64,000 nucleotides of DNA from contig JBBIRK010000005.1 in NCBI GenBank assembly GCA_037441845.1, forward strand, positions 192,001 to 256,000, read 5' to 3'. Positions 20,028 through 29,952 of the stretch are shown here, piece by piece; position 1 is the stretch's first letter; every line of letters begins with the position of its first letter. The notes beneath the pieces were generated by a model that worked only from the letters and a program-made list of their open reading frames with translations, searched no databases and had not been told where the DNA came from. This stretch comes from Candidatus Zixiibacteriota bacterium. GTDB lineage: Bacteria; Zixibacteria; MSB-5A5; UBA10806; 4484-95. Both the position numbers and the translations under genes were made by a program.

Positions 20028-21275
20028 TCACATCCCGTACTTTTCAATTATCTCCTTCTTGCCTAATCCGAGAATACCGTATTTTTTGCCGACCTTGATG
20101 AAAGCCTCGATCGCTTTGTCGAGGTGGTGTTTCTCGTGCGCCGCCGACAGCTGGGTGCGGATACGCGCCTGCCCTTTGGGCACTACCGGGAAGAAAAATC
20201 CGACCGCATAGATCCCCTCGGTGAAAAGGTCTCTGGCGATATCCTGCGCCAGTTTGGCGTTGTAAAGCATAACCGGCACGATCGGGCTTTCACCTTCCTT
20301 GACGTCGAACCCTGCATCCTTGAGCAGCTTACGCCAGTAGATCGTGTTTTGCTCCAGCTTGTCGCGCCGTTCGGTGGTTTTGGATATCAGATCCAGCACT
20401 TTTATCGCGCCTGCCACGATGACGGGCGCGACCGTGTTGGAAAACAGATACGGCCTGGCTTTCTGGCGGCAGAGCTCGACCAATTCAGCGCGTCCGGAGA
20501 CGCAGCCGCCGGAGGCGCCGCCCAGCGCCTTGCCCAGGGTGGTGGTGATAATATCGATTTTGCCGACCACGCCGCAATGCTCATGGGTGCCGCGGCCGGT
20601 TTTGCCGATAAAGCCGCTGGCATGTGAATCATCGACGAACACCATTGCATCGTATTTCTCGGCCAGCTCGACTATCTTGTCGAGTTTCGCCAGATCGCCG
20701 TCCATCGAAAAAACACCATCGGTTATCACCATGCGACGACGTTTGTCTTGGTGTTCCTGCAGTTTTTCCTCGAGATGTCCCATATCCGAGTGTTTATATG
20801 TATCCTGCATCGCCTTACACAGCCGCATGCCATCGACGATGGAAGCATGAACCAACCGATCAGCGATCATGACGTCTTGATCGCTCAGCACCGCCTCGAA
20901 AACCCCCGCGTTGGCATCCATGCACGATGGGAAAAGCAGAGTATCCTCGGTGCCCAGAAATTCGGTGAGCTTTTTTTCGAGCCGGCGGTGAATATCTTGG
21001 GTGCCGCAAATGAATCGCACCGATGACATTCCGTAGCCGCGATAATCGAGCCCCTCGTGCGCCGCCTTGATGACGTCGGGGTGGCTTGACAGGCCCAGAT
21101 AATTATTGGCGCACATGTTTATGACTTTTTTGGTGGATGATCCGACCGGAAATTCCACCTCGATCTCGGCGCCTTGCGGGGCGTGTATGTACCTTTCTTC
21201 TTTGAACAGCCCGGCTGCTTTCAACCCGTTCAACTCGGCTTTATAGGTTTCGCGCGCTTTCTCGCTGTAGGCCAC
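20028..21275 (-). CDS. kbl: Glycine C-acetyltransferase (2-amino-3-ketobutyrate CoA ligase)
   Basis: CANNYLGL, MSSVRFICGTQDIH, DGVFSMDG, DDSHASG, TLGKALGGASGG (PLP Lys), RPYLFSN; GTG start with AAAGGAGG RBS. Confidence 0.93.
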   Translation of the reverse strand: MAYSEKARETYKAELNGLKAAGLFKEERYIHAPQGAEIEVEFPVGSSTKKVINMCANNYLGLSSHPDVIKAAHEGLDYRGYGMSSVRFICGTQDIHRRLEKKLTEFLGTEDTLLFPSCMDANAGVFEAVLSDQDVMIADRLVHASIVDGMRLCKAMQDTYKHSDMGHLEEKLQEHQDKRRRMVITDGVFSMDGDLAKLDKIVELAEKYDAMVFVDDSHASGFIGKTGRGTHEHCGVVGKIDIITTTLGKALGGASGGCVSGRAELVELCRQKARPYLFSNTVAPVIVAGAIKVLDLISKTTERRDKLEQNTIYWRKLLKDAGFDVKEGESPIVPVMLYNAKLAQDIARDLFTEGIYAVGFFFPVVPKGQARIRTQLSAAHEKHHLDKAIEAFIKVGKKYGILGLGKKEIIEKYGM

Positions 21276-21332
21276 AATACCTCCTTTACTCCAAATTCAT
21301 CGCATCGGACAACTTTCGAAATGCAGTCGGTC

Positions 21333-21584
21333 CTATTTTTTCAAGAACTTGTTCACCAGGGCCACGATGCTGTTCACCGTGTCGAAAGCCTCCGGCGAGG
21401 CATCCGCATCAGGAATCTGGATATTGTATTTTTTTTCGAGGAATCGCTTTAACGATACCATCGAAAACGAATCGACGATGCCGCCCGAAATCAACGGCGT
21501 ATTTTCGTTAAGCTCACGGTCGTCATCTTCCTCGAGATACTCGCGTTTAACGTAATCGAGTACGATTTTGGTCATCTCGTCCAT
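21333..21584 (-). CDS. Stand-alone acyl carrier protein
   Basis: 83 aa with an acidic N-terminal half; LISGGIVDSFSMV phosphopantetheine Ser motif; FDTVNSI helix. Confidence 0.9.
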   Translation of the reverse strand: MDEMTKIVLDYVKREYLEEDDDRELNENTPLISGGIVDSFSMVSLKRFLEKKYNIQIPDADASPEAFDTVNSIVALVNKFLKK

Positions 21585-21625
21585 AAAAATTCCCTCAATT
21601 GTTTATTTTGATGGTAGCATTCATT

Positions 21626-23326
21626 TCAATCATTTTCGAGCGTCGATATATCGCCGATCGGTTCGTTCCACTCCTTGGCGCGCAATAGACGGCGCATGAT
21701 CTTGCCGCTTCGGGTTTTCGGCAACGATTTGACGAATTCTATTTCCTGCGGCATCGCCAGAGGAGATAGTTTTTTACGGATGAAGTTCATGATTTCCAAA
21801 TCAAGTTCGGCACTCGGCTCGAAACCGGGTTTGAGAGCGACGAACGCTTTTACCACCTCCATATTGACCGGATCCGGTTTGCCTACCGCCGCAGATTCGG
21901 CCACCGCCGGATGCTCAAGCAACGCTGACTCGATTTCGAACGGCCCTACCAAGTGACCGCCCGTATTGATAACGTCATCGTCACGGCCGACGAACCAGAA
22001 ATAACCATCGGCATCGATGCTGGCGCGGTCGCCGCAAATATACCAGCCGTTTTTGAATTTGCTGTTATAAACCTCCTCGTTTTTCCAATAGGTGCGGAAC
22101 ATCGACGGCCAGCCGGGCTTGATCGCTATCAAGCCGACTTTTCCTCTTTCGGCATAAGGTTGGAATGTGGTCGGATCGACGACATCCGCGGTTATTCCAG
22201 GGAATGGCTTTCCCATGGACCCCGGCTTTATCGGCATGCCCGGGTAGTTGGTGATTACAATCGATCCGGTTTCGGTCTGCCAGAATGTATCGTGGAAAGC
22301 CAAACCGAACGCTTCTTTGGACCAGATCACCGCCTCGGCGTTAAGCGGCTCGCCGACACTGCAGAGATGACGCAAAGAACTTAAATCGTATTTCTTGACC
22401 ACCTCTATCCCATCACGCATCAGCAATCGGATCGCGGTGGGGGCCGAATACCATACCGTTATCTTGTGCTTTTGTATGAACGCATACCAGCGCTCGGTGC
22501 TGAATCCGGAATCGAGCACCGCCTGAGTTACGCCGTTGGACCAGGGGCCGATGATTCCATACGAAGTGCCGGTAACCCAACCGGGATCTGCGGTACACCA
22601 ATAAATATCGTCGGGCTGAAGATCGAGCACCCAGCGGGCGGTCAGATACTGTGAAATCAAAGAATAATGAACGTGTTGGGCGCCTTTGGGCAATCCGGTC
22701 GTCCCCGAAGTATAATGTAAGACGGAAGGCGTTTCCGGGGTTGACGGGAAGCAGTCGAACGATTCGACTTTTGCGGCCTTATCCATAGCGAACGCAATTT
22801 CCCGCTCGCGCAAAGGCGAATCGGCGGCATCGACGACTATGATATGCTTCAACTCAGGCAGCTGCGCCAGGATTTTTCGCACTTTCGGCAGATGTTTTTT
22901 TTGAGTCAATATGGCGGAAGTCCCCGCGTTGTCGAGTCGGGTAAAAAGCGACTCTTCGCCGAACGCCGAAAACAAAGGTTGGCAGATACCACCCATCTTC
23001 AGAATTCCGAGAAACGAGATGTAAAGCTCGGGAATCTTATCCATAAAAATGCAAATTCGCTGACCGGGTTTCAGGCCCAGATCCTTAAGAAAGGAGGCGA
23101 ACGTGTTCGACAACACACGGATATCGTTGTAGGTGAATCGCTTCATATTGCCCTGGTAATCTTCCCAGATCATCGCCAATTTCGACCCCTTGCCGAGATG
23201 ACAAATCCGGTCGCTGCAATACCAACCGATATTAATAGGGTCACCTTTCTTGTAGCCGAGTTCTTTTTCCGCTATCGACCAATCGAAACCGGCCAATCTG
23301 TGTTCATACGAACCTATATTGCTCAT
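21626..23326 (-). CDS. acsA: Acetate--CoA (or acetate--ACP) ligase, AMP-forming, Bacillus AcsA type
   Basis: YTSGTTGLPKG, WCTADPGWVTG, SVGEPLN, DTFWQTETG, GRDDDVI, PKTRSGKIMRR. Confidence 0.9.
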   Translation of the reverse strand: MSNIGSYEHRLAGFDWSIAEKELGYKKGDPINIGWYCSDRICHLGKGSKLAMIWEDYQGNMKRFTYNDIRVLSNTFASFLKDLGLKPGQRICIFMDKIPELYISFLGILKMGGICQPLFSAFGEESLFTRLDNAGTSAILTQKKHLPKVRKILAQLPELKHIIVVDAADSPLREREIAFAMDKAAKVESFDCFPSTPETPSVLHYTSGTTGLPKGAQHVHYSLISQYLTARWVLDLQPDDIYWCTADPGWVTGTSYGIIGPWSNGVTQAVLDSGFSTERWYAFIQKHKITVWYSAPTAIRLLMRDGIEVVKKYDLSSLRHLCSVGEPLNAEAVIWSKEAFGLAFHDTFWQTETGSIVITNYPGMPIKPGSMGKPFPGITADVVDPTTFQPYAERGKVGLIAIKPGWPSMFRTYWKNEEVYNSKFKNGWYICGDRASIDADGYFWFVGRDDDVINTGGHLVGPFEIESALLEHPAVAESAAVGKPDPVNMEVVKAFVALKPGFEPSAELDLEIMNFIRKKLSPLAMPQEIEFVKSLPKTRSGKIMRRLLRAKEWNEPIGDISTLEND

Positions 23327-23369
23327 CCTCGTTCCTCTTCACTTCACCTTATTGTTGAATAAAATCCCA

Positions 23370-23747
23370 CTAACTTTCAAGAATGACGGTGGCGCCTGCC
23401 CAGGCGCCGGCATGAGTAAGAGATATATGAATTCGCCGCACCGACATCCGCTCGGCGATTTGCCGGGTATGTCCGACAAGATTGATGGAAGGACGCCCGT
23501 TTGCATCGTTGATGATCTCTATATCTTTCCAGCTGCAATCGCCTATTTTGCCGGACCCGAGCGCTTTGAATAACGCCTCTTTGGCGGCGAACCTGGCCGA
23601 CAAGTGCCGTTCGGGATAGCGCTTGCTTTCACAATAAGCGATTTCACTTTCGGTGAAAATCTCCCTTTTCAACCCTTCGCCGTCTCGTTTCAGTTCTCTT
23701 TTTAGCACGGCGATCTCGACAATATCGTTTCCCAGTCCGACTATCAT
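23370..23747 (-). CDS. acpS: Holo-ACP synthase (AcpS-type phosphopantetheinyl transferase)
   Basis: MIVGLGNDIVE, IFTESE, RFAAKEALFKALG, ISLTH. Confidence 0.93.
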   Translation of the reverse strand: MIVGLGNDIVEIAVLKRELKRDGEGLKREIFTESEIAYCESKRYPERHLSARFAAKEALFKALGSGKIGDCSWKDIEIINDANGRPSINLVGHTRQIAERMSVRRIHISLTHAGAWAGATVILES

Positions 23748-23826
23748 GGCTGCAACGTCAGCATTTGCACATATCACTGTCAGATAATTCAGCAGAATTA
23801 AAGCGTCCGTCGCCAGACATCGTCCA

Positions 23827-24948
23827 TCATCCGGCACCGGCAAATCGCCGCTGAGCCGCATCGAGCTCGTTCTTATCGAAAAACATGACGGATTTGGCCA
23901 CACGACGCGGCAGCGCCATCAGGCGATCGAAAGCACCGGCGAAATCATCGGCCATGATCAATTCCGAAATGACCGGCCTGATATCGAGCCTTCGGGAAGA
24001 AAGCAGATTGCCGACCCGATACCAGGTATCGAACATTTTGCGCCCGTTAATTCCATGGATTTGCGCGCCTTTGAACACCAGGCTGTTATTATAATTTATA
24101 TTGTAATAAGAATCCGTCAGGATGCCGAACGCGGAAAAACGCCCTCCCTTTCTCAGCATGGAAAAGCCCTCATCCAACCCTGCCGGCGAACCAGCCATAT
24201 CAAGCACTATATCCGCCCCGTAACCTCGGGTCAGGTCTTTGACTTGCTCGAGGCGCTCTTGGCGTCGATCATCGTTGGCGAAAATAATATGATCCGCCCC
24301 CATTCGAACCGCAATGTCGAGATTGAATTCGCTTTGTCCGACCACGATTATATTTGAGACTCCGCAAGCCCGGGCCACGCCTATGGCAAAAAGCGCGATA
24401 GGTCCATCGCCGATCACTACCATAGACTTGCCGGCAACATCGTTGTCCTCACCTAAAACCGCATAGGTGGCGTTGCCGAGCGGCTCCTGGACGCTTGCGA
24501 TTTCGGGTGGAATCGAGCGATCGTTGATCCAGCAAACTACTGCGGGAACCGCCACATACTGGGCGAAAGTGCCATCGATATCCACTCCCAGTATCGACAT
24601 ACGTTCACCGATATGCATCTGGCCCAAAAGCGATTGCAAATCACGGGGATCGGGTATATGGGTTTCGACCGAGACATAATCGCCCGGCCGGAGTCCTTTG
24701 ACGGATCGGCCCACTTCGACGATTTCACCGGCCACTTCATGCCCCATTATTTGAGGCAAAGAGGCTGCGCCGATTCGTCCGGCGGCCCAACTATCCCACC
24801 TATATATATGGACGTCGGTGCCGCATATCGAAGTCGCCCTGACTTTAATCAAGACTTGATCTTCGGCGATTGCCGGCACATCGTGTTCTTTTAGTTCCGC
24901 CCCGAATTCGGGTTTTGTCTTTACGATCGCTTTCATCATTTCGGCCAT
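23827..24948 (-). CDS. tdh: L-threonine 3-dehydrogenase-like Zn-dependent MDR
   Basis: SICGTDVHIYRWDSWA, GHEVAG, ETH, QEPLGNA, GINGRKMFDTW; GGAG RBS. Confidence 0.85.
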   Translation of the reverse strand: MAEMMKAIVKTKPEFGAELKEHDVPAIAEDQVLIKVRATSICGTDVHIYRWDSWAAGRIGAASLPQIMGHEVAGEIVEVGRSVKGLRPGDYVSVETHIPDPRDLQSLLGQMHIGERMSILGVDIDGTFAQYVAVPAVVCWINDRSIPPEIASVQEPLGNATYAVLGEDNDVAGKSMVVIGDGPIALFAIGVARACGVSNIIVVGQSEFNLDIAVRMGADHIIFANDDRRQERLEQVKDLTRGYGADIVLDMAGSPAGLDEGFSMLRKGGRFSAFGILTDSYYNINYNNSLVFKGAQIHGINGRKMFDTWYRVGNLLSSRRLDIRPVISELIMADDFAGAFDRLMALPRRVAKSVMFFDKNELDAAQRRFAGAG

Positions 24949-25126
24949 TGTCGGCTCCAATCCACCTGCCGTTCGACTCGCCCTGCCAATTAAAAAACTG
25001 CGGGCGGCAGTAACAAAACACGCACGGCAGAATTAATAGGCGGAAAATTCGGAAAGCAAGAAAAGAATATTATGGAACCGCGACTTAAAGGCCGAGAATA
25101 ATTTGCAGTAACCGGCAATAAAACAA

Positions 25127-25156
25127 GATATCGGCCATACATAGACGGCCGATATC
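25127..25156 (-). terminator. Terminator after the menA-like gene
   Basis: GATATCGGCC-N10-GGCCGATATC followed by TTGTTTT on the minus strand. Confidence 0.7.
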
Positions 25157-25189
25157 CTTAAATTCGTGGAAATTCGTCGAGATCGCCGC

Positions 25190-26089
25190 TTATTGCATGA
25201 CGCGGGCGATAATGAAACCGATTCCCATCAAGAACTGGGTGAGCAGCACCGTCAGAACGTTGGCTCCCTGGGCCGGGATCAACTCGGACAGCGAATTGAA
25301 AGTCAAGGATCCCTTAATCGCTCTTAAACCGAACGGCAGAGTTAGCAAACCCAGAAGAGTCCATGCCGGCATCAAGCGCAATGTGACGCCCGCCAGAATC
25401 CAAAAATAGGTCATCAAAGTAAGCGTGGAATAAACTATGGCTGCGCCGCGGTAGCCGAGGATTATCGGCAGGGTGCGCCTTTTGCCCGTGCGATCAGCCT
25501 CGGCATCGGGGAATTCGTTCAACAGAAGCAGATTTGCAACCAGAAACCCGGAAGGCACCGAGGCATATAGTGCCGACCAGGAAAATCCGTTGTTCATGAT
25601 AATGAATATGCCTAAAACCGGCAGGGTGCCCAAACCAAGGCCTGCGGCGATCTCGGCCGCGCCCAGCCCGATACGGGTTATATGACTTGTGTACCAGAGA
25701 ACGAAAATCGCTCCCACGATAAAGATCGGCAAGAGCGCCATGCCGCGGGCGATCACGAAATAGATGCCGATCGGCACCGCCAGGAAAAAAGAACCGAGTC
25801 CCAAGGCCAGCACGGCTTTGGCGTTCAACGCCCCCGACGGCAGCATCCCCGAACCGCCCGAAAATGGAGTGCGATTAACTTTAAGATCAATCCCCGTTTT
25901 GAAATCGCTGTAGTCGTTCAATGTATTCACGCTGACATGTAAAAGAGTCAAGCCGATGGTGGCCAGAATGAAATGAACGGCGTTGAAACTCCCCTCATAA
26001 AGGGCGATCGACATGCCCAGCAGCGCCAAGATCGGCGAAAGAATCAAAAACTGCGGTCTGGTTTCCAGAAACAGGGTTTTGACGCTCAT
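25190..26089 (-). CDS. menA: UbiA-family prenyltransferase, MenA-like
   Basis: ETRPQFL, NTLNDYSDFKTGID, RTPFSGGSG, NEFPDAEADRTGKRRTLP; multiple TM. Confidence 0.75.
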   Translation of the reverse strand: MSVKTLFLETRPQFLILSPILALLGMSIALYEGSFNAVHFILATIGLTLLHVSVNTLNDYSDFKTGIDLKVNRTPFSGGSGMLPSGALNAKAVLALGLGSFFLAVPIGIYFVIARGMALLPIFIVGAIFVLWYTSHITRIGLGAAEIAAGLGLGTLPVLGIFIIMNNGFSWSALYASVPSGFLVANLLLLNEFPDAEADRTGKRRTLPIILGYRGAAIVYSTLTLMTYFWILAGVTLRLMPAWTLLGLLTLPFGLRAIKGSLTFNSLSELIPAQGANVLTVLLTQFLMGIGFIIARVMQ

Positions 26090-26329
26090 CGCAATTACTC
26101 CTTTCACGACTCCGATGAGTTCGAGATTTGTTTCGGCGGATGCTAAATAAACAATTTTCTTTTTTAAGTCAAATTCATTTTAATCGGTTCCCGTCGGGAT
26201 TTCGAAAAATCTCTTGGATAAGCGAAATCAGCACTAAATCGTGATCGGAATTAAATTTCCGTTCGATTCGGGAAACATAGACACGAATTATTCACATTAG
26301 TCATGACGATAAAAAATTTGCGATAAGGC

Positions 26330-26399
26330 TTGACAAAAATAATTCTGTTGTATTAATAGCTCTTCAATATGTTTTTTGTTTTAGTGAAAATCATCACAA
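26330..26399 (+). promoter_or_regulatory. nuo promoter with a downstream Rex/CRP-like operator
   Basis: TTGACA at 26330, AT-rich -10 near 26351; TAGTGAAAATCATCACAA at 26382-26399. Confidence 0.5.
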
Positions 26400-26417
26400 G
26401 CTGGCGTATCGACTGAT

Positions 26418-26774
26418 ATGGGTTTCGGATACGGTATTCTCGCTGTCTTTCTGGTGCTTGGAATCGTTTTCGTGCTGGTCACCATATTCATTGCAGGCCT
26501 GATCAGACCGCAACGACCAAATAAAAAGAAACTCGAAAATTATGAATGCGGAGAGGCCCCGATCGGCGGAGCCTGGATTCAGTATAACGCCGGATTTTAT
26601 ATTTTCGCCCTGATATTCGTCATTTTTGACGTGGAGGTGGTGTTCTTATTCCCCTGGGCCGTCGCATTCAAACAACTCGGGCTTTTCGCATTTATCGAGA
26701 TGTTGATATTTTTGGCCATACTTATCTCCGGTCTCGTTTATGCCTGGAAAAAAGGAGCATTGACTTGGGAATAA
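26418..26774 (+). CDS. nuoA: Complex I subunit A
   Basis: [24 protein letters not shown]. Confidence 0.95.
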   Translation: MGFGYGILAVFLVLGIVFVLVTIFIAGLIRPQRPNKKKLENYECGEAPIGGAWIQYNAGFYIFALIFVIFDVEVVFLFPWAVAFKQLGLFAFIEMLIFLAILISGLVYAWKKGALTWE

Positions 26775-27295
26775 TAGAAAAAGCCCCTCTGTACGTGGAG
26801 AAAATTCCCGGCGGAGGAATCGTGATCACATCCGCCGAGGGATTGCTGAATTGGTCGAGGGCGTCATCGCTATGGTATCTGCTTTTCGGCCTCGCCTGTT
26901 GTGCGATCGAGATGATGGCCACGGGCGCATCGCGTTACGATTTCGACCGGCTGGGCATGTTTTTCAGAGCCTCACCGAGACAGGCCGACCTGATGATGGT
27001 CTGCGGCACCGTGACCCATAAGATGGCCAAAAGGATCAAAATTCTCTACGATCAGATGGCTGAACCGAAGTATGTTCTGGCCATGGGCGGCTGCGCCTGC
27101 GACGGCGGCCCTTTCTACTACGATTGTTACTCGGTGCTCAAGGGCGTTGACAAAATCATCCCGGTCGATGTCTACATACCTGGCTGTCCGCCGCGGCCGG
27201 AATCGTTATTGCAGGGCGCTCTCAAGGTCAGAGAAAAAATCTACCGGGAGAAGATCAAAGATTTCGCCGGCGATATTCCACCGAAGCAGGCATGA
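26765..27295 (+). CDS. nuoB: Complex I subunit B (TTG start)
   Basis: [24 protein letters not shown]. Confidence 0.95.
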   Translation: MGIIEKAPLYVEKIPGGGIVITSAEGLLNWSRASSLWYLLFGLACCAIEMMATGASRYDFDRLGMFFRASPRQADLMMVCGTVTHKMAKRIKILYDQMAEPKYVLAMGGCACDGGPFYYDCYSVLKGVDKIIPVDVYIPGCPPRPESLLQGALKVREKIYREKIKDFAGDIPPKQA

Positions 27296-27780
27296 ACAAA
27301 GATCAAATCGAAAATAAACTCGCCACCAGGTTCGGATCTGCTGTCGAAATTCTGAAAACGAAATTCCCCGAACCGTGCATGTATATCGTAATCGATAAAT
27401 ATATCGAAGTCTGTAAATTTCTCCGCGACGATCCTGAGCTGGCGTTCGAATTTTTATTTTCGCTGGCGGGCGTCCATTATCCCGACAGATTCGAGGTGGT
27501 CATCCATTTGTCATCCTCGAAACATGTTCATCAACTGGTGGCAAAAGTAAAATTACCGCTGGAAAATCCGAAAATTCCCACTCTATCCGGTGTTTGGGAA
27601 GCTGCCAACTGGTATGAACGGGAGGCTGCCGAGCTTTTTGGAATCGTTTTCAACGGTCATCCGGATCCGCGGCCGTTGTTGCTCTATGACGATTGGAACT
27701 ACGGATACCCGATGCGAAAGGGTTGGACAGGTCCGGATTTCATTCCCATGCCCGACAAGTCGAAAGGCGCCGATGAGTGA
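27292..27780 (+). CDS. nuoC: Complex I subunit C
   Basis: [26 protein letters not shown]. Confidence 0.93.
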   Translation: MNKDQIENKLATRFGSAVEILKTKFPEPCMYIVIDKYIEVCKFLRDDPELAFEFLFSLAGVHYPDRFEVVIHLSSSKHVHQLVAKVKLPLENPKIPTLSGVWEAANWYEREAAELFGIVFNGHPDPRPLLLYDDWNYGYPMRKGWTGPDFIPMPDKSKGADE

Positions 27781-28894
27781 TCTGATCGACAACGTGCCTC
27801 TGACCGAGGAAGAATTTCTACTGAATATGGGGCCCCAGCACCCGTCCACTCACGGCGTGTTGCGGTTGGTGTTGAAAATGCGGGGCGAATTTATCGAAGA
27901 CGTAATTCCGCATATCGGTTATCTGCACCGTTCGATCGAAAAAATCGCGGAAAATCGGACCTATGCGCAGTTCATGCCCTACACCGATCGTATCGATTAT
28001 TGCGCATCGATGCCTTGCAATCTCGCCTGGGCGTTGACGGTCGAAAAGCTTGCGGGAATCGAGGCTCCCCCACGGGCTCAATATCTTCGCGTAATCATGA
28101 CCGAGCTCAATCGTATAGCATCACACCTAATATATCTCGGTGTCATGTCTTTGGATTTGGGCGCATTCACTCCTTTCCTGTATGCTTTCCGCGAAAGAGA
28201 AATGATTCTTGACTTGTTCGAAATGACCTGCGGGCAGAGGCTTACCTATAATTATATGCGGATTGGAGGAGTGTCGCGGGATATTCCGCCCGATTTCGCC
28301 TCGAAATGCCGGGAATTCACCCGGATTTTCAGAAAACGTGTCGATGATTACGAGGCGATTCTGACCAATAATCCGATTTTTCTCACTCGAACGAAAAATA
28401 TAGGCATCCTTCCCATAAAAGTGGGACTCGATTACGGAGCCTCCGGCCCGACGATAAGAGGCTCGGGTCATAATTGGGATATCCGCAAGGCCGAGCCTTA
28501 TTCTTCTTACGACAAATTCGATTTCAAAGTGCCGCTGGGAAAAAACGGCGACGTATGGGATCGCTATATAGTGCGGGTGCAAGAAATGCGGGAAAGCTGC
28601 AATATCGTCGATCAGGCGCTGGACGGTTTGCCTGAAGGCGATATCAAAGCCAAAGTGCCCGGCGTATTCAAACCCCCGGCAGGGGAGGTGGTCATGCGTA
28701 TAGAGGCCCCCAGGGGTGAGATGGGTTATTATGTCGTCTCCGACGGCACTACCAAACCTTACCGGGTCAAAATACGCACTGCCTCATTCGGAAATTTGCA
28801 GGTGCTGCGGTATCTGTCACGGGGTTACAAAATCGCAGATCTGGTAGCGATATTCGGCTCCCTCGACGTCGTCTTGCCGGAGGTGGATCGCTGA
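27773..28894 (+). CDS. nuoD: Complex I subunit D
   Basis: NMGPQHPSTHGVLRL, GYLHRSIEK, DRIDY, EAPRGE, SLDVVLPEVDR; no NiFe CxxC motifs. Confidence 0.95.
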   Translation: MSDLIDNVPLTEEEFLLNMGPQHPSTHGVLRLVLKMRGEFIEDVIPHIGYLHRSIEKIAENRTYAQFMPYTDRIDYCASMPCNLAWALTVEKLAGIEAPPRAQYLRVIMTELNRIASHLIYLGVMSLDLGAFTPFLYAFREREMILDLFEMTCGQRLTYNYMRIGGVSRDIPPDFASKCREFTRIFRKRVDDYEAILTNNPIFLTRTKNIGILPIKVGLDYGASGPTIRGSGHNWDIRKAEPYSSYDKFDFKVPLGKNGDVWDRYIVRVQEMRESCNIVDQALDGLPEGDIKAKVPGVFKPPAGEVVMRIEAPRGEMGYYVVSDGTTKPYRVKIRTASFGNLQVLRYLSRGYKIADLVAIFGSLDVVLPEVDR

Positions 28895-29949
28895 TGCTGG
28901 AACTTACCGGTTTGTTTCAGTGGATATATGCAATCGCCTCGAGTTTATTTTCTTCGCTGGGGCTTTCGGAAATAATTCTCGACATTTTCCTCATGGTGCT
29001 GGCGGGTGCGGCTATAATCATATTTCTGGCATTGATGGCGTTGTTCTTGATCTGGTGGGAAAGAAAAGTGGCGGCTCATTTCCAAGACAGACTGGGACCG
29101 ATGATGACCGGTTGGCACGGTTGGCTGCAAACGATCGCCGATGCCATCAAGCTGCTGCAAAAAGAAGATATAGTGGTGGCCAATGCCGACCGACCGGTGC
29201 ATTTCTGGGCGCCGGTGGTCGCTTTCGCCTCCTGTTTCATGGTTTATGCGGTGATTCCATTCGGGAAAGGCGCACTGGCAGCCGACTTGAATATCGGGAT
29301 TCTATATATTCTGGCCATCACAACATTCACGGTGATCTCGATCGTCATGGCCGGTTGGGCCTCCAACAACAAATATGCGCTATTGGGAGGCATGCGCTCC
29401 GCATCGCAGGTGATTTCCTATGAAGTGCCGTTGACCTTATCGCTAATGGGCGCGGTCATAATGGCGGGCACGCTTTCAACCGGGCAATTCGTGGAGGCAC
29501 AGGGTCCTTATATCTGGAAATGGTTCGTTTGGCCGCAATTTTTGGGCTTCACCATTTATCTAATGGCCTCGACAGCCGAACTGAATCGAACTCCTTTCGA
29601 TCTACCTGAGGCCGAACAGGAGCTCGTGGCGGGATTCAACATCGAGTACTCAGGTATGAAATTCGCGATGTTTTTCTTAGCCGAGTTTCTCAATATGTTC
29701 ACCGTGGGCGCGGTGGCCACGACCATTTTTCTGGGCGGCTGGCAACCGCCGTTCCCCGCGCTTTCCTTCATACCCTCATGGATCTGGTTTCTCGGCAAAT
29801 CGCTTTTCATAGTTTTCCTGATAATGTGGTTCAAATGGACCTACCCTCGGGTTCGGGTCGATCACCTTCTCGCGTTCGCCTGGAAAGTCTTATTACCGTT
29901 GTCGTTCGCCAATTTGATTTTAACCGCCGCGGGAGTGCTCATATTTTAA
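28894..29949 (+). CDS. nuoH: Complex I subunit H
   Basis: ERKVAA..QDRLGP, QVISYE, RTPFDLPEAEQELVAGFNIEYSG. Confidence 0.95.
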   Translation: MLELTGLFQWIYAIASSLFSSLGLSEIILDIFLMVLAGAAIIIFLALMALFLIWWERKVAAHFQDRLGPMMTGWHGWLQTIADAIKLLQKEDIVVANADRPVHFWAPVVAFASCFMVYAVIPFGKGALAADLNIGILYILAITTFTVISIVMAGWASNNKYALLGGMRSASQVISYEVPLTLSLMGAVIMAGTLSTGQFVEAQGPYIWKWFVWPQFLGFTIYLMASTAELNRTPFDLPEAEQELVAGFNIEYSGMKFAMFFLAEFLNMFTVGAVATTIFLGGWQPPFPALSFIPSWIWFLGKSLFIVFLIMWFKWTYPRVRVDHLLAFAWKVLLPLSFANLILTAAGVLIF

Positions 29950-29952
29950 ATT

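Noticed and set aside
21333..23747. NRPS/PKS gene cluster
   Set aside because: No condensation, ketosynthase or thioesterase domains; the ligase is AcsA-like.
23748..23903. N-terminal extensions called by the ORF track on acpS (and on nuoD, ndk, hutH, comM, pilX)
   Set aside because: Family N-termini and RBS or promoter positions favour the downstream starts.
27773..28894. Group 4 [NiFe]-hydrogenase large subunit
   Set aside because: No N- or C-terminal CxxC nickel ligands; quinone-site motifs (HGVLR, DY) and the EVDR ending fit NuoD.
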